A stretch of DNA of 64,000 nucleotides from Armatimonadota bacterium (GCA_039811685.1 JBDHZC010000007.1:104654-168653); one strand, 5' to 3'; positions 22,147-32,363 are shown, counted from the stretch's first letter. Numbers and translations: made by a program. Notes: generated from the letters alone by a model not told the origin.

Positions 22147-22792
22147 TGTGGAGCTCCGCGAGATCAGAAAAGACGCAGTCCGGGCCGACGGGATCGAAGT
22201 GGCCGGCAGGATTTCTATACAGCAGTGCAATAGAGCGCAGACCGGCCGCTTTACCGGCCTCTATATCCATAAAATGGTCCCCAATCATCAGGGCACTCGA
22301 GGCCGGCCGGTCAAGTTGCGCCAGCGCGTTTGTCAGATGGAGCGGGTCAGGTTTGACACGCGGAGTGTCCTCCCGCGCCAGCGTTGCGGAAAATACGTCG
22401 GGAAGCAGAGTCAGAAGGTGGTCAGTGGCTCTTCGGCAGTTGCGCGTAACAATTCCCAGACGCCACCCGCGCGACGCCATGTCCAGCAGCAACTCCGGCG
22501 CGTGAGGCTTCACCCGTGCCGTCCAGGCATGCTTCATCTCGATGTCTTCCAGTAGATCCCACGCATCCTTGACATACAGGTTGCCAGAACACGGAAGTTG
22601 CCTGCTGGCCTGGTCAACGATGGACAGTATGTCAAAGTCTTCAATATTAGCTGTGGACGCTCCCGCTTGTTGGGCGTGGTGGAGCACGGCGCGTTTCATT
22701 GCGGGGAAATTGATGTTCGTGTCGACAAGTGTGCCGTCCAGATCGAACAGGACGGCCTCCACACCCGTGAAGATAGCCTCCGGAGCACGCAC
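22121..22792 (-). CDS. HAD-superfamily hydrolase (phosphoglycolate phosphatase-like)
   Basis: FDLDGTLVD, VTRN, KPDP and MIGDHFMDIEAG. Confidence 0.9.
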   Translation of the reverse strand: MRAPEAIFTGVEAVLFDLDGTLVDTNINFPAMKRAVLHHAQQAGASTANIEDFDILSIVDQASRQLPCSGNLYVKDAWDLLEDIEMKHAWTARVKPHAPELLLDMASRGWRLGIVTRNCRRATDHLLTLLPDVFSATLAREDTPRVKPDPLHLTNALAQLDRPASSALMIGDHFMDIEAGKAAGLRSIALLYRNPAGHFDPVGPDCVFSDLAELHSALLDAHR

Positions 22793-23483
22793 ATTTCAGA
22801 TGATAGCGGCAGGCGAAGCAGGCGTCAACGCATCTGAAGCAACTCACTCGACGCAGCGCGATCACAGCATGCCAGTTGTGTCGAACGACCGCGCACGCAA
22901 GGCTCTCACGAATGCGGAAGACGATAGGCGCTCAAATATCGTCAGAGTGCGCTGAAAAAGAGCGCTCCAGCGGGGATTTCGGGCATTCGCTCTTGAGCTC
23001 GTCCAGACAAACAATGCTGTTAGGGTCCCAGGTGAGTTGTGGCACAAACCTTGTGAGAACACAGGACGGGAACGCGTTGGTGGCTTTGGGTCTCTGGTTC
23101 TTGCAGACAGAATTATTCCGGCTCCGGTGCCGGAGACAGTCTGCGGGGTAGTCTCATTTAGACTGTCTCGCTCGGGCGCCGTGCTCGCCAACCTCCTCCC
23201 ACGGCGCCCATTTTCGTACCTCCTCAACGCTCGCCATCACCGGTAATCCTACCATCAGCAAAATTGTTGAGCATTTTCTTCCAAAATCATAAGTTTGAGA
23301 GATTCCTGTGGAACAAAAACATTGTGAAAAGCCAGCGGCCTGCCAGGTACGCTGGAGTAGCCAGACGATGTCTCTATCTTTTCACGGATAGCAGCCAGGC
23401 CGGCTACCACTACAAGACAACTGAAAAACCCGGCATGAAGCCGGGTAATTGGACAGGGGCGAATATTCAAGGAGGATACAAGA

Positions 23484-24908
23484 ATGTCGCTTCGCATTAA
23501 TCTGAACAGTGCCGCGCTCATTGGGCACAGGTCGCTTGCCACTAACGATGACATGCTGAGTCGCTCAATCGAGCGCCTTTCCACCGGTTACAAGATCAAC
23601 CGGGCATCAGATGGTCCGGCTGGTCTGGCGATTTCGGAGTCCTTGAGAGCTCAGATCGGCGGCTTGAAGCAGGCTATCTCGAACACACAGGATGCGGTCA
23701 ACATGGTAAAGACCGCTGAAGGCGCTCTCGCTGAAGTGCACAGCCTTCTCCGATCAATGCGCGACCTGGCTGTTCATGCTCTGAACACCGGGGCCGTGGA
23801 CGATACACAGTTGGCTGCTGACCAGTCGCAGATCACCTCTGCCATCGACGCCCTGAACCGAATCTCTTCAAACACGGCGTTTGGCGGAAAGAAGCTGCTG
23901 GATGGCACCGCTGGTGTGGCCGGGCAGGTGACGACCAATCCATCGAATGGCGCCTTCATTTCGGGAGGCACCGCCACCAAGGCAGGAACCTACACTGTCA
24001 CGATCAACACAGCGGCTACGAAAGCGACCTATGCCGGAACTGGTGGCGCCTACGCCGCCCAGACTGGCACCGTCACTATCAACAACGTCGCCATCGCTCT
24101 GAACAGTGCGGTCGAGACCACCGCTGCGCTGGCTGTGCAGAAGATTAACCTGTACAGTGAGCAAACGGGCGTTACGGCATCAGTTGGCGCTAACGGAGTT
24201 GAGTTGACGCAGAACAGCTACGGTGCTGGCAGCTCCATCAGCCTGAGCTTTGGTGGCTCAGTGACAGCAACAACACTGATGGGGACTGGTTCTACGCTCA
24301 CTGCAGGTGTCAATGCCAACATCACGGTGACGGGTGGAACAGTCAACGCGACCAACGTCAACGGCAGTGGCCGGCTTGTCTCCGGAGCTGCCTTCGCTGG
24401 CACGGATCTTGATGGCGCCGTCATCAGCGCAAACGGTCTGGCCGCCTCCACCTTCGACATAGTGGTCACGCAGGGCTCGCTGCAGTTCCAGGTAGGATCC
24501 GAAGTGGGGCAGACGGCAAGCGTCGCTTTGAACAGCACCCATTCGTCCAAGCTGGGTATCGCGGCAAGCGGGTTGGAGACGTCGGCCACGAGTGTCGCCG
24601 ACATTGACGTGACGACGCTGGCCGGGGCTCGCGACGCTCTCAGACTGATTGACGCTTCGATCAATCAGGTATCAACTGTTCGCTCAGATCTGGGAGCCGC
24701 GCAGAAGAACGTGTTTGAGAGCGCAATCAACAGCCTGACTGTCGCTTCGGAGAACATTGCTGCATCCGAAAGCGCCATCCGAGATACCGATATGGCGGCC
24801 GAAATGGCCGAGTTCTCGAAGAGCCAGATACTGATGCAGTCGAGCGTGGCAATGCTTGTCCAAGCCAACTCTGCCCCTCAGCAGCTCGTGCAGTTGCTGA
24901 GAGGATAA
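23484..24908 (+). CDS. fliC: Flagellin
   Basis: MSLRINLN, ERLSTGYKINRASDGPAGLAISE and SAIRDTDMAAEM; strong AAGGAGG RBS. Confidence 0.97.
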   Translation: MSLRINLNSAALIGHRSLATNDDMLSRSIERLSTGYKINRASDGPAGLAISESLRAQIGGLKQAISNTQDAVNMVKTAEGALAEVHSLLRSMRDLAVHALNTGAVDDTQLAADQSQITSAIDALNRISSNTAFGGKKLLDGTAGVAGQVTTNPSNGAFISGGTATKAGTYTVTINTAATKATYAGTGGAYAAQTGTVTINNVAIALNSAVETTAALAVQKINLYSEQTGVTASVGANGVELTQNSYGAGSSISLSFGGSVTATTLMGTGSTLTAGVNANITVTGGTVNATNVNGSGRLVSGAAFAGTDLDGAVISANGLAASTFDIVVTQGSLQFQVGSEVGQTASVALNSTHSSKLGIAASGLETSATSVADIDVTTLAGARDALRLIDASINQVSTVRSDLGAAQKNVFESAINSLTVASENIAASESAIRDTDMAAEMAEFSKSQILMQSSVAMLVQANSAPQQLVQLLRG

Positions 24909-24980
24909 CTACTGGCTTCGCTCTCATACAGCGGTAGAGCGAAATCGTTCCGAAGTATTTCGGAACGGTAACGACTGGCA

Positions 24981-25020
24981 AGTGGGAGTCCGTTCCTTCC
25001 CGGGGCGGGCTCCCACTATT
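24981..25020 (+). terminator. GC-rich hairpin after fliC, probable terminator or attenuator
   Basis: AGTGGGAGTCCGTTCC...GGGGCGGGCTCCCACT, followed by ATT. Confidence 0.55.
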
Positions 25021-25138
25021 CCTGACACAACCTTAGCGGCCGAATCGCAGCAGTCGCCACCTGACCGGCGCCGGACTGCGCCAAGGAGCCACAGTCTCCG
25101 GGCCGTCCTATCAATTTTCTCTGAGAGAGAACACAGCC

Positions 25139-27127
25139 ATGCCCGCTCTACAGAGCATAAGCGGCCTGATATCAGGCCTCCAGACGGACGATATCATTCA
25201 GAAGCTGATCGACTTCAAGAAACGGCCGATCCAGCTTCTGAATAATCAGAAGACTCAGCTTACTGATAAACTTGCGGCCTGGCAAAGCCTCAACGCGCGG
25301 CTTCTGGCGGTCAAGCTCAGGGCCGCAGACCTCACCACCGCCTCCACCTTTGGTTCCAAGTCGGCTGTGTCATCAGACGAATCGGTCGCCACCGTCAGCG
25401 CCTCGAGCGCAGCGACGCAGGGTTCCTACACCCTGAAGGTACTCAGCCTTGCCAAAGCACAGCAGTTGGGATCTGCTCAGAACTACGAAAGCCCTACAAA
25501 CAGCAGTGTAGGCAATGGCACGATCACTATTCACAACACTTCGAGTAATCAGGCCTGGTCCATAACTATACCAGAAGGCGCTGACTCACTTGAAGCGGTG
25601 CGCGATGCGATAAACGCATCCGGCTCCGACGCCATCGCCAACATTGTCAGCGACGGATCAGCCAGCCCGTACCGCCTGGTGCTCACGAGCCGCAAGACCG
25701 GCAGCGCCGGAGCTCTCAGCGTGACAACCTCACTCACAGGTGGCGCCGGGCTTTCCTTCGACGGGCCCTCATCCGTTATTTCACCCGCCGATGACGCTCA
25801 GGTGCAGTTGGGCAGCGGCGCGACTCCTATCGTTGTCACCAGCAGCTCAAATACGATTACAACTCTGATTCCGGGGGTTACACTGACTCTGAACTCCGCC
25901 GCGCCAGATCGATCCATTTCGGTCAACGTGGGCAGTGACACTCAGGGCATCACAAAGAAAATCCAGGACTTTGTCTCCGCTTACAACGACTATGTGAGCT
26001 TTGCTCGCGACGCAGCCAGATACGACCCTGAGACGCAGCAAAGCGGTCCGCTCATCGGAGACTTCACCCTGCAGACACTCCAGTCCAACATAAGTGGACA
26101 CTTGAACCGCGGAGTCTCTGGCCTGTCAGGCGCGGTGGCGGCTTTGTCCAGTCTTGGAGTCCGCCTGACCCAGGACGGGACGCTGAGCATTGACTCAGCC
26201 ACACTTCAGGAGCAGCTTTCGACCAATCTGGCCCAGGCATCGCGTGTTATGGCGCGTTCAGGCGCAGCTACGGACGCAGGTATTGTTTTTCTAAATGCCA
26301 CGGGGGCGACCCGGGAATCAACCGGCGCGGGGTACTCGATCGACATCACGCAGGTTGCTACGCAGGCGCGTGTGACAGCGGGAGTCGCAATGAGCGCGCC
26401 GCTTGCCCAGGAAGAAACGCTCACGATCAACGGCGCCCAGGTGACACTCAGCGCGGGCTCTGACCTTGCCACAGTAGTGTCCGCGATTAACGCAATCTCC
26501 AGCCGCACCGGAGTGACCGTAGCCGCAACGCAGGCGGATGGCTCCGGTACTGGATCCTATCTGACCTTCCGAAGCAACAGCTACGGATCGAGTGTGCACG
26601 TGAGCATCCTCAGCACTGTGAGCAGTGGCGTTGCAGGCTCGAGTGGTGTGGGAAACGTCCAGGCAACTGACACTTCCGCACAGGGTGAGAACGGAACCGG
26701 GACGGGCGCCGCTGGAGTGGACGTAGCCGGCCTCATCAATGGCGAGCTCGCGACCGGAAACGGAAAGATTCTCACCAGCGCCTCATCCAACCCGACGACC
26801 GGAGGACTCTCCGTTCTCGTCAACTCGACGACAACCGGCAGCAAGGGCTTTGTCACCTATTCACGCGGAGTGGCTGCCGCCATCAACGATGTTCTCGCCA
26901 GCCTGACTGACATCTCCACCGGGGCAGTGACCACCACACAGAAGGGATTGCAGGATCAGATTACGTCTCTGGACGACCAGATGGCGAGCTTGAACACCCG
27001 CCTCTCACAGGAAGAGGAGCGCATTCGAACCCAGTTCGCCGCTCTGGAAAGCACGCTGAGCACCATCCAAAGCCAGGGACAGTACCTGAGCGCTCAGTTC
27101 GCGGCGCTTAGCGGACAAAAGAAGTAG
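25139..27127 (+). CDS. fliD: Flagellar filament cap protein
   Basis: ISGLISGLQTDDIIQKLI, LAKAQQ, SNTITTLIPGVTLTL, FVSAYN and C-terminal QFAALE; follows fliC. Confidence 0.95.
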   Translation: MPALQSISGLISGLQTDDIIQKLIDFKKRPIQLLNNQKTQLTDKLAAWQSLNARLLAVKLRAADLTTASTFGSKSAVSSDESVATVSASSAATQGSYTLKVLSLAKAQQLGSAQNYESPTNSSVGNGTITIHNTSSNQAWSITIPEGADSLEAVRDAINASGSDAIANIVSDGSASPYRLVLTSRKTGSAGALSVTTSLTGGAGLSFDGPSSVISPADDAQVQLGSGATPIVVTSSSNTITTLIPGVTLTLNSAAPDRSISVNVGSDTQGITKKIQDFVSAYNDYVSFARDAARYDPETQQSGPLIGDFTLQTLQSNISGHLNRGVSGLSGAVAALSSLGVRLTQDGTLSIDSATLQEQLSTNLAQASRVMARSGAATDAGIVFLNATGATRESTGAGYSIDITQVATQARVTAGVAMSAPLAQEETLTINGAQVTLSAGSDLATVVSAINAISSRTGVTVAATQADGSGTGSYLTFRSNSYGSSVHVSILSTVSSGVAGSSGVGNVQATDTSAQGENGTGTGAAGVDVAGLINGELATGNGKILTSASSNPTTGGLSVLVNSTTTGSKGFVTYSRGVAAAINDVLASLTDISTGAVTTTQKGLQDQITSLDDQMASLNTRLSQEEERIRTQFAALESTLSTIQSQGQYLSAQFAALSGQKK

Positions 27128-27148
27128 CATTGTGAGGATGAAGGGTTG

Positions 27149-27565
27149 ATGAACTCCAGCGGGTATCAGCAGTACACGGCCAACGACGCAGCCACAGCGA
27201 GTCCAGAGCGATTGCTGGTACGGGCGTATGACGGCATGGTGCGCTTTCTCGGGTTGGCTGAGGAAGCCATTCTGCAGCACGATTACAACCTGCAGAACCA
27301 CTATATCCAGAGAACGCAGTCCATCCTCGGGGTGCTCAGCGCCAATCTCGAAAGCGCGCACAACGAAGCGCTAGGCGCGTCACTGAGCTCGTTGTATGAG
27401 TGGTTCAGTCTGCGCTTGATTGAGGCAAACCTCAAAGGCGACGCGGAAGCCGTTGGTGATGTGCGACTGCGAATTGCCGATTTGCGTGATGCATGGAGTC
27501 AGGCTGCGCAGCAAATGCACCTGTCGCACTCTGGCGGTGAAGCCGGCATCGAAGAGGCGGCCTGA
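27149..27565 (+). CDS. fliS: Flagellin export chaperone FliS
   Basis: TASPERLLVRAYDG, LSSLYEW and LRDAW. Confidence 0.93.
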   Translation: MNSSGYQQYTANDAATASPERLLVRAYDGMVRFLGLAEEAILQHDYNLQNHYIQRTQSILGVLSANLESAHNEALGASLSSLYEWFSLRLIEANLKGDAEAVGDVRLRIADLRDAWSQAAQQMHLSHSGGEAGIEEAA

Positions 27566-27566
27566 A

Positions 27567-28013
27567 ATGAGCCCGGAGACTTCCCGGACCCAGGCCATGG
27601 CCACGCTGTCCAGCCTCAGAGATGGCCTGCGCCAGTGGGCCCAGATATCGAAAGCTCAGGAGCAGGCTGTCGCAGAGGGCAGAATCGAGGAGATGAGCAG
27701 CCTGGTGGCCCAACGCGGTGCGCTGATGACAACGTTGGAGGCGCTTTTTTCTGAGGTCGCAGAAATCAAACGAACCGCCGAAGCCGACGCATCCAACCCC
27801 GAATGGTCAATGGCTGTTGCGATGCAGATGACTGAGGTGTTTGCGCTCGGTACAGAATCAGCCAGGGCCGATGAACGCACTGCGAGATTGGTGGCACAAC
27901 GCCTGCACAGTCTGAGCTCTGAGATGCAGACTTTGCAGCATGGCCGCCTGAGACGCCTCGCCTACGACGTTTCTCCGCCTTCAAGCGCGCGATTTCTCGA
28001 CCGCAACCTTTGA
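27567..28013 (+). CDS. FliT/FlgN-like helical flagellar chaperone
   Basis: Helical 148-aa protein directly after fliS, ending AY...ARFLDRNL like FliT/FlgN-type chaperones. Confidence 0.55.
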   Translation: MSPETSRTQAMATLSSLRDGLRQWAQISKAQEQAVAEGRIEEMSSLVAQRGALMTTLEALFSEVAEIKRTAEADASNPEWSMAVAMQMTEVFALGTESARADERTARLVAQRLHSLSSEMQTLQHGRLRRLAYDVSPPSSARFLDRNL

Positions 28014-28071
28014 GAATCTCCGCCGCTCGCCTGCAACTCCACAGCCTTACCAGCCGATAATACGGCTGACA

Positions 28072-29208
28072 ATGCCTGCACGTCGCACACTCTACTGCCT
28101 CCTGCGCGCCTCGCATCTCTTGGCTATCTGCTGGATGCTTGGCGTTTCAGTCACGGCTTCACACGCCGCGACAGCGGCAGGACCGTACGATCAGTTGATG
28201 GCCAGGCTCGCAGAGCAGAAGCAGACAGGCCGTCTCCGCGTGACAGAAGTGGGCCGATCGGGCAACGGGCGTGTCATCCCTCTGGTCGCCATCCGGCCGA
28301 TAGCCACGAGAGCGCTGCCCCGCACACGAATCCTGATTATCTGCGCGCAGCACGGTGATGAACCAGCAAGCGCCCACGCAGCATTGGAGTTGATCCAACG
28401 AAGCGCCGCAAACGACAAACCAGAGGCTCTTCTCAGTCCACACACGCGACACCTCCTCGGCGGTAAGCTGGCAGGACTTAAAGATGTACTGTGGCTCATC
28501 GTACCTGTTGCCAACCCGGATGGCTACAATGCCGGTAAGCGTCTCAACGGAGCCGGCCAGGACCTGAATCGCGACTGGCAGCGCGCCACTCAGCCAGAAA
28601 CCCGCGCAGTGCGCGGGGTGTTCGATACGTGGAAGCCGAACCTGGTCCTGGACCTGCACCAGTGGAGTCCGGACGACCCGCCACCTGCGGACAACGGACT
28701 GGAAATGGTTCTGCGGCCGGAATCGCCCGTGCAGCAGCGTCTGGAGCGCCATATCGCGGTGTCCGCCTTGCGCGCAGTAACCTCGACTGATCGCCGAGCG
28801 TCGCTGGTGACAGCGAGTCCACGCTCAACGCCCACCCTCGCCCATCGGTACTTCGCCGCGCAGGGAGTGGCGGCCTTTCTGATTGAGACCGCCGCTCGCG
28901 ACACCCAGGCCCAACGCAAGGCCCTTCTCACAGACATGATTCTTGTGCTCAGCAACGTCTGCGCCTCTGTGCCCGCAGACACCAGAGCCGCCGCATTTCG
29001 CAACAGCGGCGAGTTCATCTACCCGCGGGAGTTTGCATCCTGGCTGCGAGGTCAACAGCCCACTCAGCCAGGCCGCGATACCGGGCGAACACTTGTGGCG
29101 GCCGGAGTTGCCGCCGGATTCTGGGCGCTGCTGAGCGCCCTGCACCTGAAGAGCCGGCCGACATTTCTGGCAACGTCGGACGAAATCCTCAGCGAAGGCC
29201 AGACCTAA
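28072..29208 (+). CDS. M14 family zinc carboxypeptidase, exported, with C-terminal TM
   Basis: QHGDE (HxxE), NPDG, DLNRDW and LDLH motifs; signal peptide; hydrophobic C-terminal segment. Confidence 0.88.
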   Translation: MPARRTLYCLLRASHLLAICWMLGVSVTASHAATAAGPYDQLMARLAEQKQTGRLRVTEVGRSGNGRVIPLVAIRPIATRALPRTRILIICAQHGDEPASAHAALELIQRSAANDKPEALLSPHTRHLLGGKLAGLKDVLWLIVPVANPDGYNAGKRLNGAGQDLNRDWQRATQPETRAVRGVFDTWKPNLVLDLHQWSPDDPPPADNGLEMVLRPESPVQQRLERHIAVSALRAVTSTDRRASLVTASPRSTPTLAHRYFAAQGVAAFLIETAARDTQAQRKALLTDMILVLSNVCASVPADTRAAAFRNSGEFIYPREFASWLRGQQPTQPGRDTGRTLVAAGVAAGFWALLSALHLKSRPTFLATSDEILSEGQT

Positions 29209-29394
29209 GGCATACATTTGTCCGGCGGTTCAGGCAGGTTCCAGGACCTGTTTCGTAGAACCCTTCGTGAACACGCCAGTAGCCCGCAGCTACGCGCATC
29301 CGCTATAATATGCCGCGCTTGCGGTGGAGGCGCGCGTGGCACGGCTCGGAGAACCCATTGTGGTCTGTCAGCGTCTAAGTATCAGGAATTGTTA

Positions 29395-31128
29395 ATGAGC
29401 TTGGTAAAATCCTTGAAATTTCTCTTTTTCACGGGCATGCTTCTGGCCGGTGCTTCCTGCGTGTCCGCTGAAGACTGGACGCTGCCCCGGGGCGGAGTCG
29501 AGCTGACTAACTCGACAGACGAAAACCTGATACTGCCGGTATCGGTAGCCTGGCAGTTCAACACATCGCCATATGTCGGCAATACGTCTCAGCCGGTTGC
29601 GGTCGGAAATACTGTGGTGTTTGCGGTGGCGGATCGAATCTTCGCTGTTGACACCCAGACCGGAGCTTTTCGCTGGGCGTATCCGGCGCAAGACCCACTG
29701 GGGAGCCAGGTCAAGACCAGCCTCGCCTACGACAGAGGCAACGTGTATTTTGGTCTGAACGACGGCACGCTCTACTGTATATCCTCGGAAGATGGCCACC
29801 TGCGCTGGTCGTACAGCACGCAGTCTCCAATTCGGTCATCCCCGATTATCTTTGACGGAGCGATATACTTTGGTTCCGATGACAATATGGTTCACTGCAT
29901 TGACGCGGAGACCGGTGAACCCAAATACGCCTTCCGGACGCGTGACGACGTCACCTCACCGGTAGCCGTCTCCAACAACATGATCTACTTCGTTTCGCGC
30001 GACGCTCATTTGTATGTGGCTAACGCCGGAAACGGACACATCAGATATTCCTACCGCTTTACCAACCCGACGCTGAATGTCGTTCCGGTCCTGGATCAGG
30101 ACAGTGTTTACCTGACATCCGGCAATCTGCTGCTGGCGCTCAACTCCAAGAGCGGGTCACAGCGCTGGGCGCTGAGTTTTCCAACAGAGTTTTCTGCGCC
30201 GCCCGCTCTGCACGACAAGACGCTGTTTGTTACCCTTCGCAACCGGAGACTCTACGCCATCTCGACAAGCGGCAAAGAGGTCTGGCCCGGATCTGTAGAC
30301 CTCATCTATTCAACGCGCGCGACGCCGCTGGTTGCAGGAAACAGTGTTGTTGTCGCATCGGATAAGGGGCTTGTGTCCGCGTTTGATACGGAGACCGGCA
30401 TACTCAAGTGGCGCTATGTCATCGCCCCTAATCAGAGTGGTGAGCAGAAGATCACCGGGACGAATAACAACATCAATGTATCACCGGTATATGCTAACGG
30501 GACGCTGTACACACTGGCGGATGACGGCACGCTGACGGCGTTTCGCACGCAGGCTCCCGATCAGACACCGCCTGTGGCGTACAGCCTCACACCCGCTCCG
30601 GGCACACGCGTTTCGGGTAGTCCGCCTCTGAAAATGTCGGCAGTAGTCACAGATGCGGCCACGGGAGTGGATGAGGGTAGCATTTCCCTGAGCCTGAAAG
30701 GACCAGGTGGCGCGACTCAGACGCTGGAAGCGGACTATGAACCTGCCACTGGCGTGGTTTCCTATGCGACCCCCTACGACAAAACGGCCAAGCCTATGGA
30801 AGCCGGGACGTGGGAGTTGACGCTGGTCGCCGGGGACTGGAAAGGCAATGAGCTTCGCACGAATTGGAGTTTCATTGTTGACAACTCACTACCGGCGCCC
30901 AAGGTCCGAGTAGTGGCGCCGCGTCGGCCGAAGCCCGCACAAACAAATGAACCGGCCGCTGACGCAGCAAATCAGACGCTGGATCGTCGGAGTCGGCGTG
31001 ACGGCGGTCATGATGCCGGCGAATTTGGTGGAGACACGCCACCGCCGCCACCACCGCCTCCGGGGCCTGAGGGACCGGGAGGAGGGCCGCAGAGCTTTGA
31101 CGGGCCGGGCGGCCCCCCGCAGTATTAG
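29395..31128 (+). CDS. Secreted PQQ-like (BamB-type) beta-propeller protein with Ig-like domain and proline-rich tail
   Basis: Repeated D..TG...W and SSP motifs, signal peptide, poly-Pro C-terminus. Confidence 0.85.
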   Translation: MSLVKSLKFLFFTGMLLAGASCVSAEDWTLPRGGVELTNSTDENLILPVSVAWQFNTSPYVGNTSQPVAVGNTVVFAVADRIFAVDTQTGAFRWAYPAQDPLGSQVKTSLAYDRGNVYFGLNDGTLYCISSEDGHLRWSYSTQSPIRSSPIIFDGAIYFGSDDNMVHCIDAETGEPKYAFRTRDDVTSPVAVSNNMIYFVSRDAHLYVANAGNGHIRYSYRFTNPTLNVVPVLDQDSVYLTSGNLLLALNSKSGSQRWALSFPTEFSAPPALHDKTLFVTLRNRRLYAISTSGKEVWPGSVDLIYSTRATPLVAGNSVVVASDKGLVSAFDTETGILKWRYVIAPNQSGEQKITGTNNNINVSPVYANGTLYTLADDGTLTAFRTQAPDQTPPVAYSLTPAPGTRVSGSPPLKMSAVVTDAATGVDEGSISLSLKGPGGATQTLEADYEPATGVVSYATPYDKTAKPMEAGTWELTLVAGDWKGNELRTNWSFIVDNSLPAPKVRVVAPRRPKPAQTNEPAADAANQTLDRRSRRDGGHDAGEFGGDTPPPPPPPPGPEGPGGGPQSFDGPGGPPQY

Positions 31129-31146
31129 GCTGCTTGCGAAGCTGAA

Positions 31147-32277
31147 TTGAGCCAGATAGACCCCGCACATCTGCGCGCCTGTGTGGCCCTTTCGTGCTCG
31201 GAGATATCAGTCAAGGCGTGGCAGCGCCTTGTGGAAGTCTTTGGATGTGAAGAGAGCGCGCTGAACGCACGGGACTCCGAGCTGGAGATGGTGCTCGGAC
31301 TTTCAGCCCAAGCCGTGGCGAGGGTAATAAGCGCCAGAGAGCTCCTGAACAAGGCTGACGAAGTGATCGAGCGCCTCGATGCACAGGGTGTGGAAGCTAT
31401 CGTCTTGGAAGATATCCGCTACCCTGAGTTGCTCAAGCAGATTCCCGATCCCCCACAACTGCTTTTTGTCCGTGGTCAGTTGAAAGAGCGGGACCGCTTT
31501 GGGATTGCGATAGTTGGCTCACGCAGACCACGCCCTTACGGCCTCAGCATGGCGTCCAAGCTCGCCTCAGATCTTGCCTGTGCCGGTTTGACGATTATCA
31601 GTGGCGGGGCGATGGGCATTGATCGCAGCGCTCACGAAGCGGCTCTGCGGGCGGGCGGACGCACGATTGCCGTGCTGGGATGCGGCATTGACGTCGTCTA
31701 TCCAGGCGATCACAAAGAGCTCTACCAACGCATCGCCCAGCAGGGAGCAGTGGTCAGTGAGTTTCCTCCAGGCGCTCAGCCGGTGCGGTGGCGCTTTCCG
31801 CAACGCAACCGGATCATCAGTGGGCTGTCACGGGGCGTGATTGTCTGTGACGCACCGGAAGATTCCGGCTCCCTCATTACGGCTACGTGCGCGCTGGATC
31901 AGAACCGGGACGTCTTCGCCGTACCCGGAAACGTTGACACTGGCCACAACCGGGGCGCGCATAAGCTGCTGAAGGAGGGAGCGAAGCTGGTCGAGTGCGC
32001 TGAGGATGTGCTGGAGGAGTATAATCTGGAGTCTGGCCGTTCAAATGGCGGGTCCCACGCAGGAGCAGGCGGCCCTTCGGAGCTCCCCGCAGTAGAGGTG
32101 ACGGAGGAGGAGATGAAGATTCTGAGTCTTCTGGACCTGGAGCCGCTGGCGCTGGACATCATCATCGAGAAGACAGGAATGGGCGCGGCGGAGGTGTCCG
32201 GCGTTCTAACCTTTCTAGAGATGAAGCGGCTGGTGAAGCGCGTGGCGGGTCCGGCCTTTGTCCGGCTGCTGCGGTAG
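31147..32277 (+). CDS. dprA: DNA processing protein DprA
   Basis: YPELLKQIPDPP, IAIVGSR, ISGGAMGID, FPQRNRIISGLS and SGSLITA; upstream of topA. Confidence 0.96.
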   Translation: MSQIDPAHLRACVALSCSEISVKAWQRLVEVFGCEESALNARDSELEMVLGLSAQAVARVISARELLNKADEVIERLDAQGVEAIVLEDIRYPELLKQIPDPPQLLFVRGQLKERDRFGIAIVGSRRPRPYGLSMASKLASDLACAGLTIISGGAMGIDRSAHEAALRAGGRTIAVLGCGIDVVYPGDHKELYQRIAQQGAVVSEFPPGAQPVRWRFPQRNRIISGLSRGVIVCDAPEDSGSLITATCALDQNRDVFAVPGNVDTGHNRGAHKLLKEGAKLVECAEDVLEEYNLESGRSNGGSHAGAGGPSELPAVEVTEEEMKILSLLDLEPLALDIIIEKTGMGAAEVSGVLTFLEMKRLVKRVAGPAFVRLLR

Positions 32278-32335
32278 AGGGCACTGGGCGGAATACCGGC
32301 AGGTGATAACATTGAGAGGCCCCGCCGCTGCAGTT

Positions 32336-32363
32336 TTGACACGAAGCAGAATTGCACTATAGC
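32336..32363 (+). promoter_or_regulatory. Possible sigma70 promoter in the dprA-topA gap
   Basis: TTGACA-16 nt-TATAGC. Confidence 0.4.

Noticed and set aside
23343..23371. Sigma28 promoter for fliC (CCAGG…GACGATGT)
   Set aside because: Both boxes deviate from TAAA-N15-GCCGATAA and the spacing is off.
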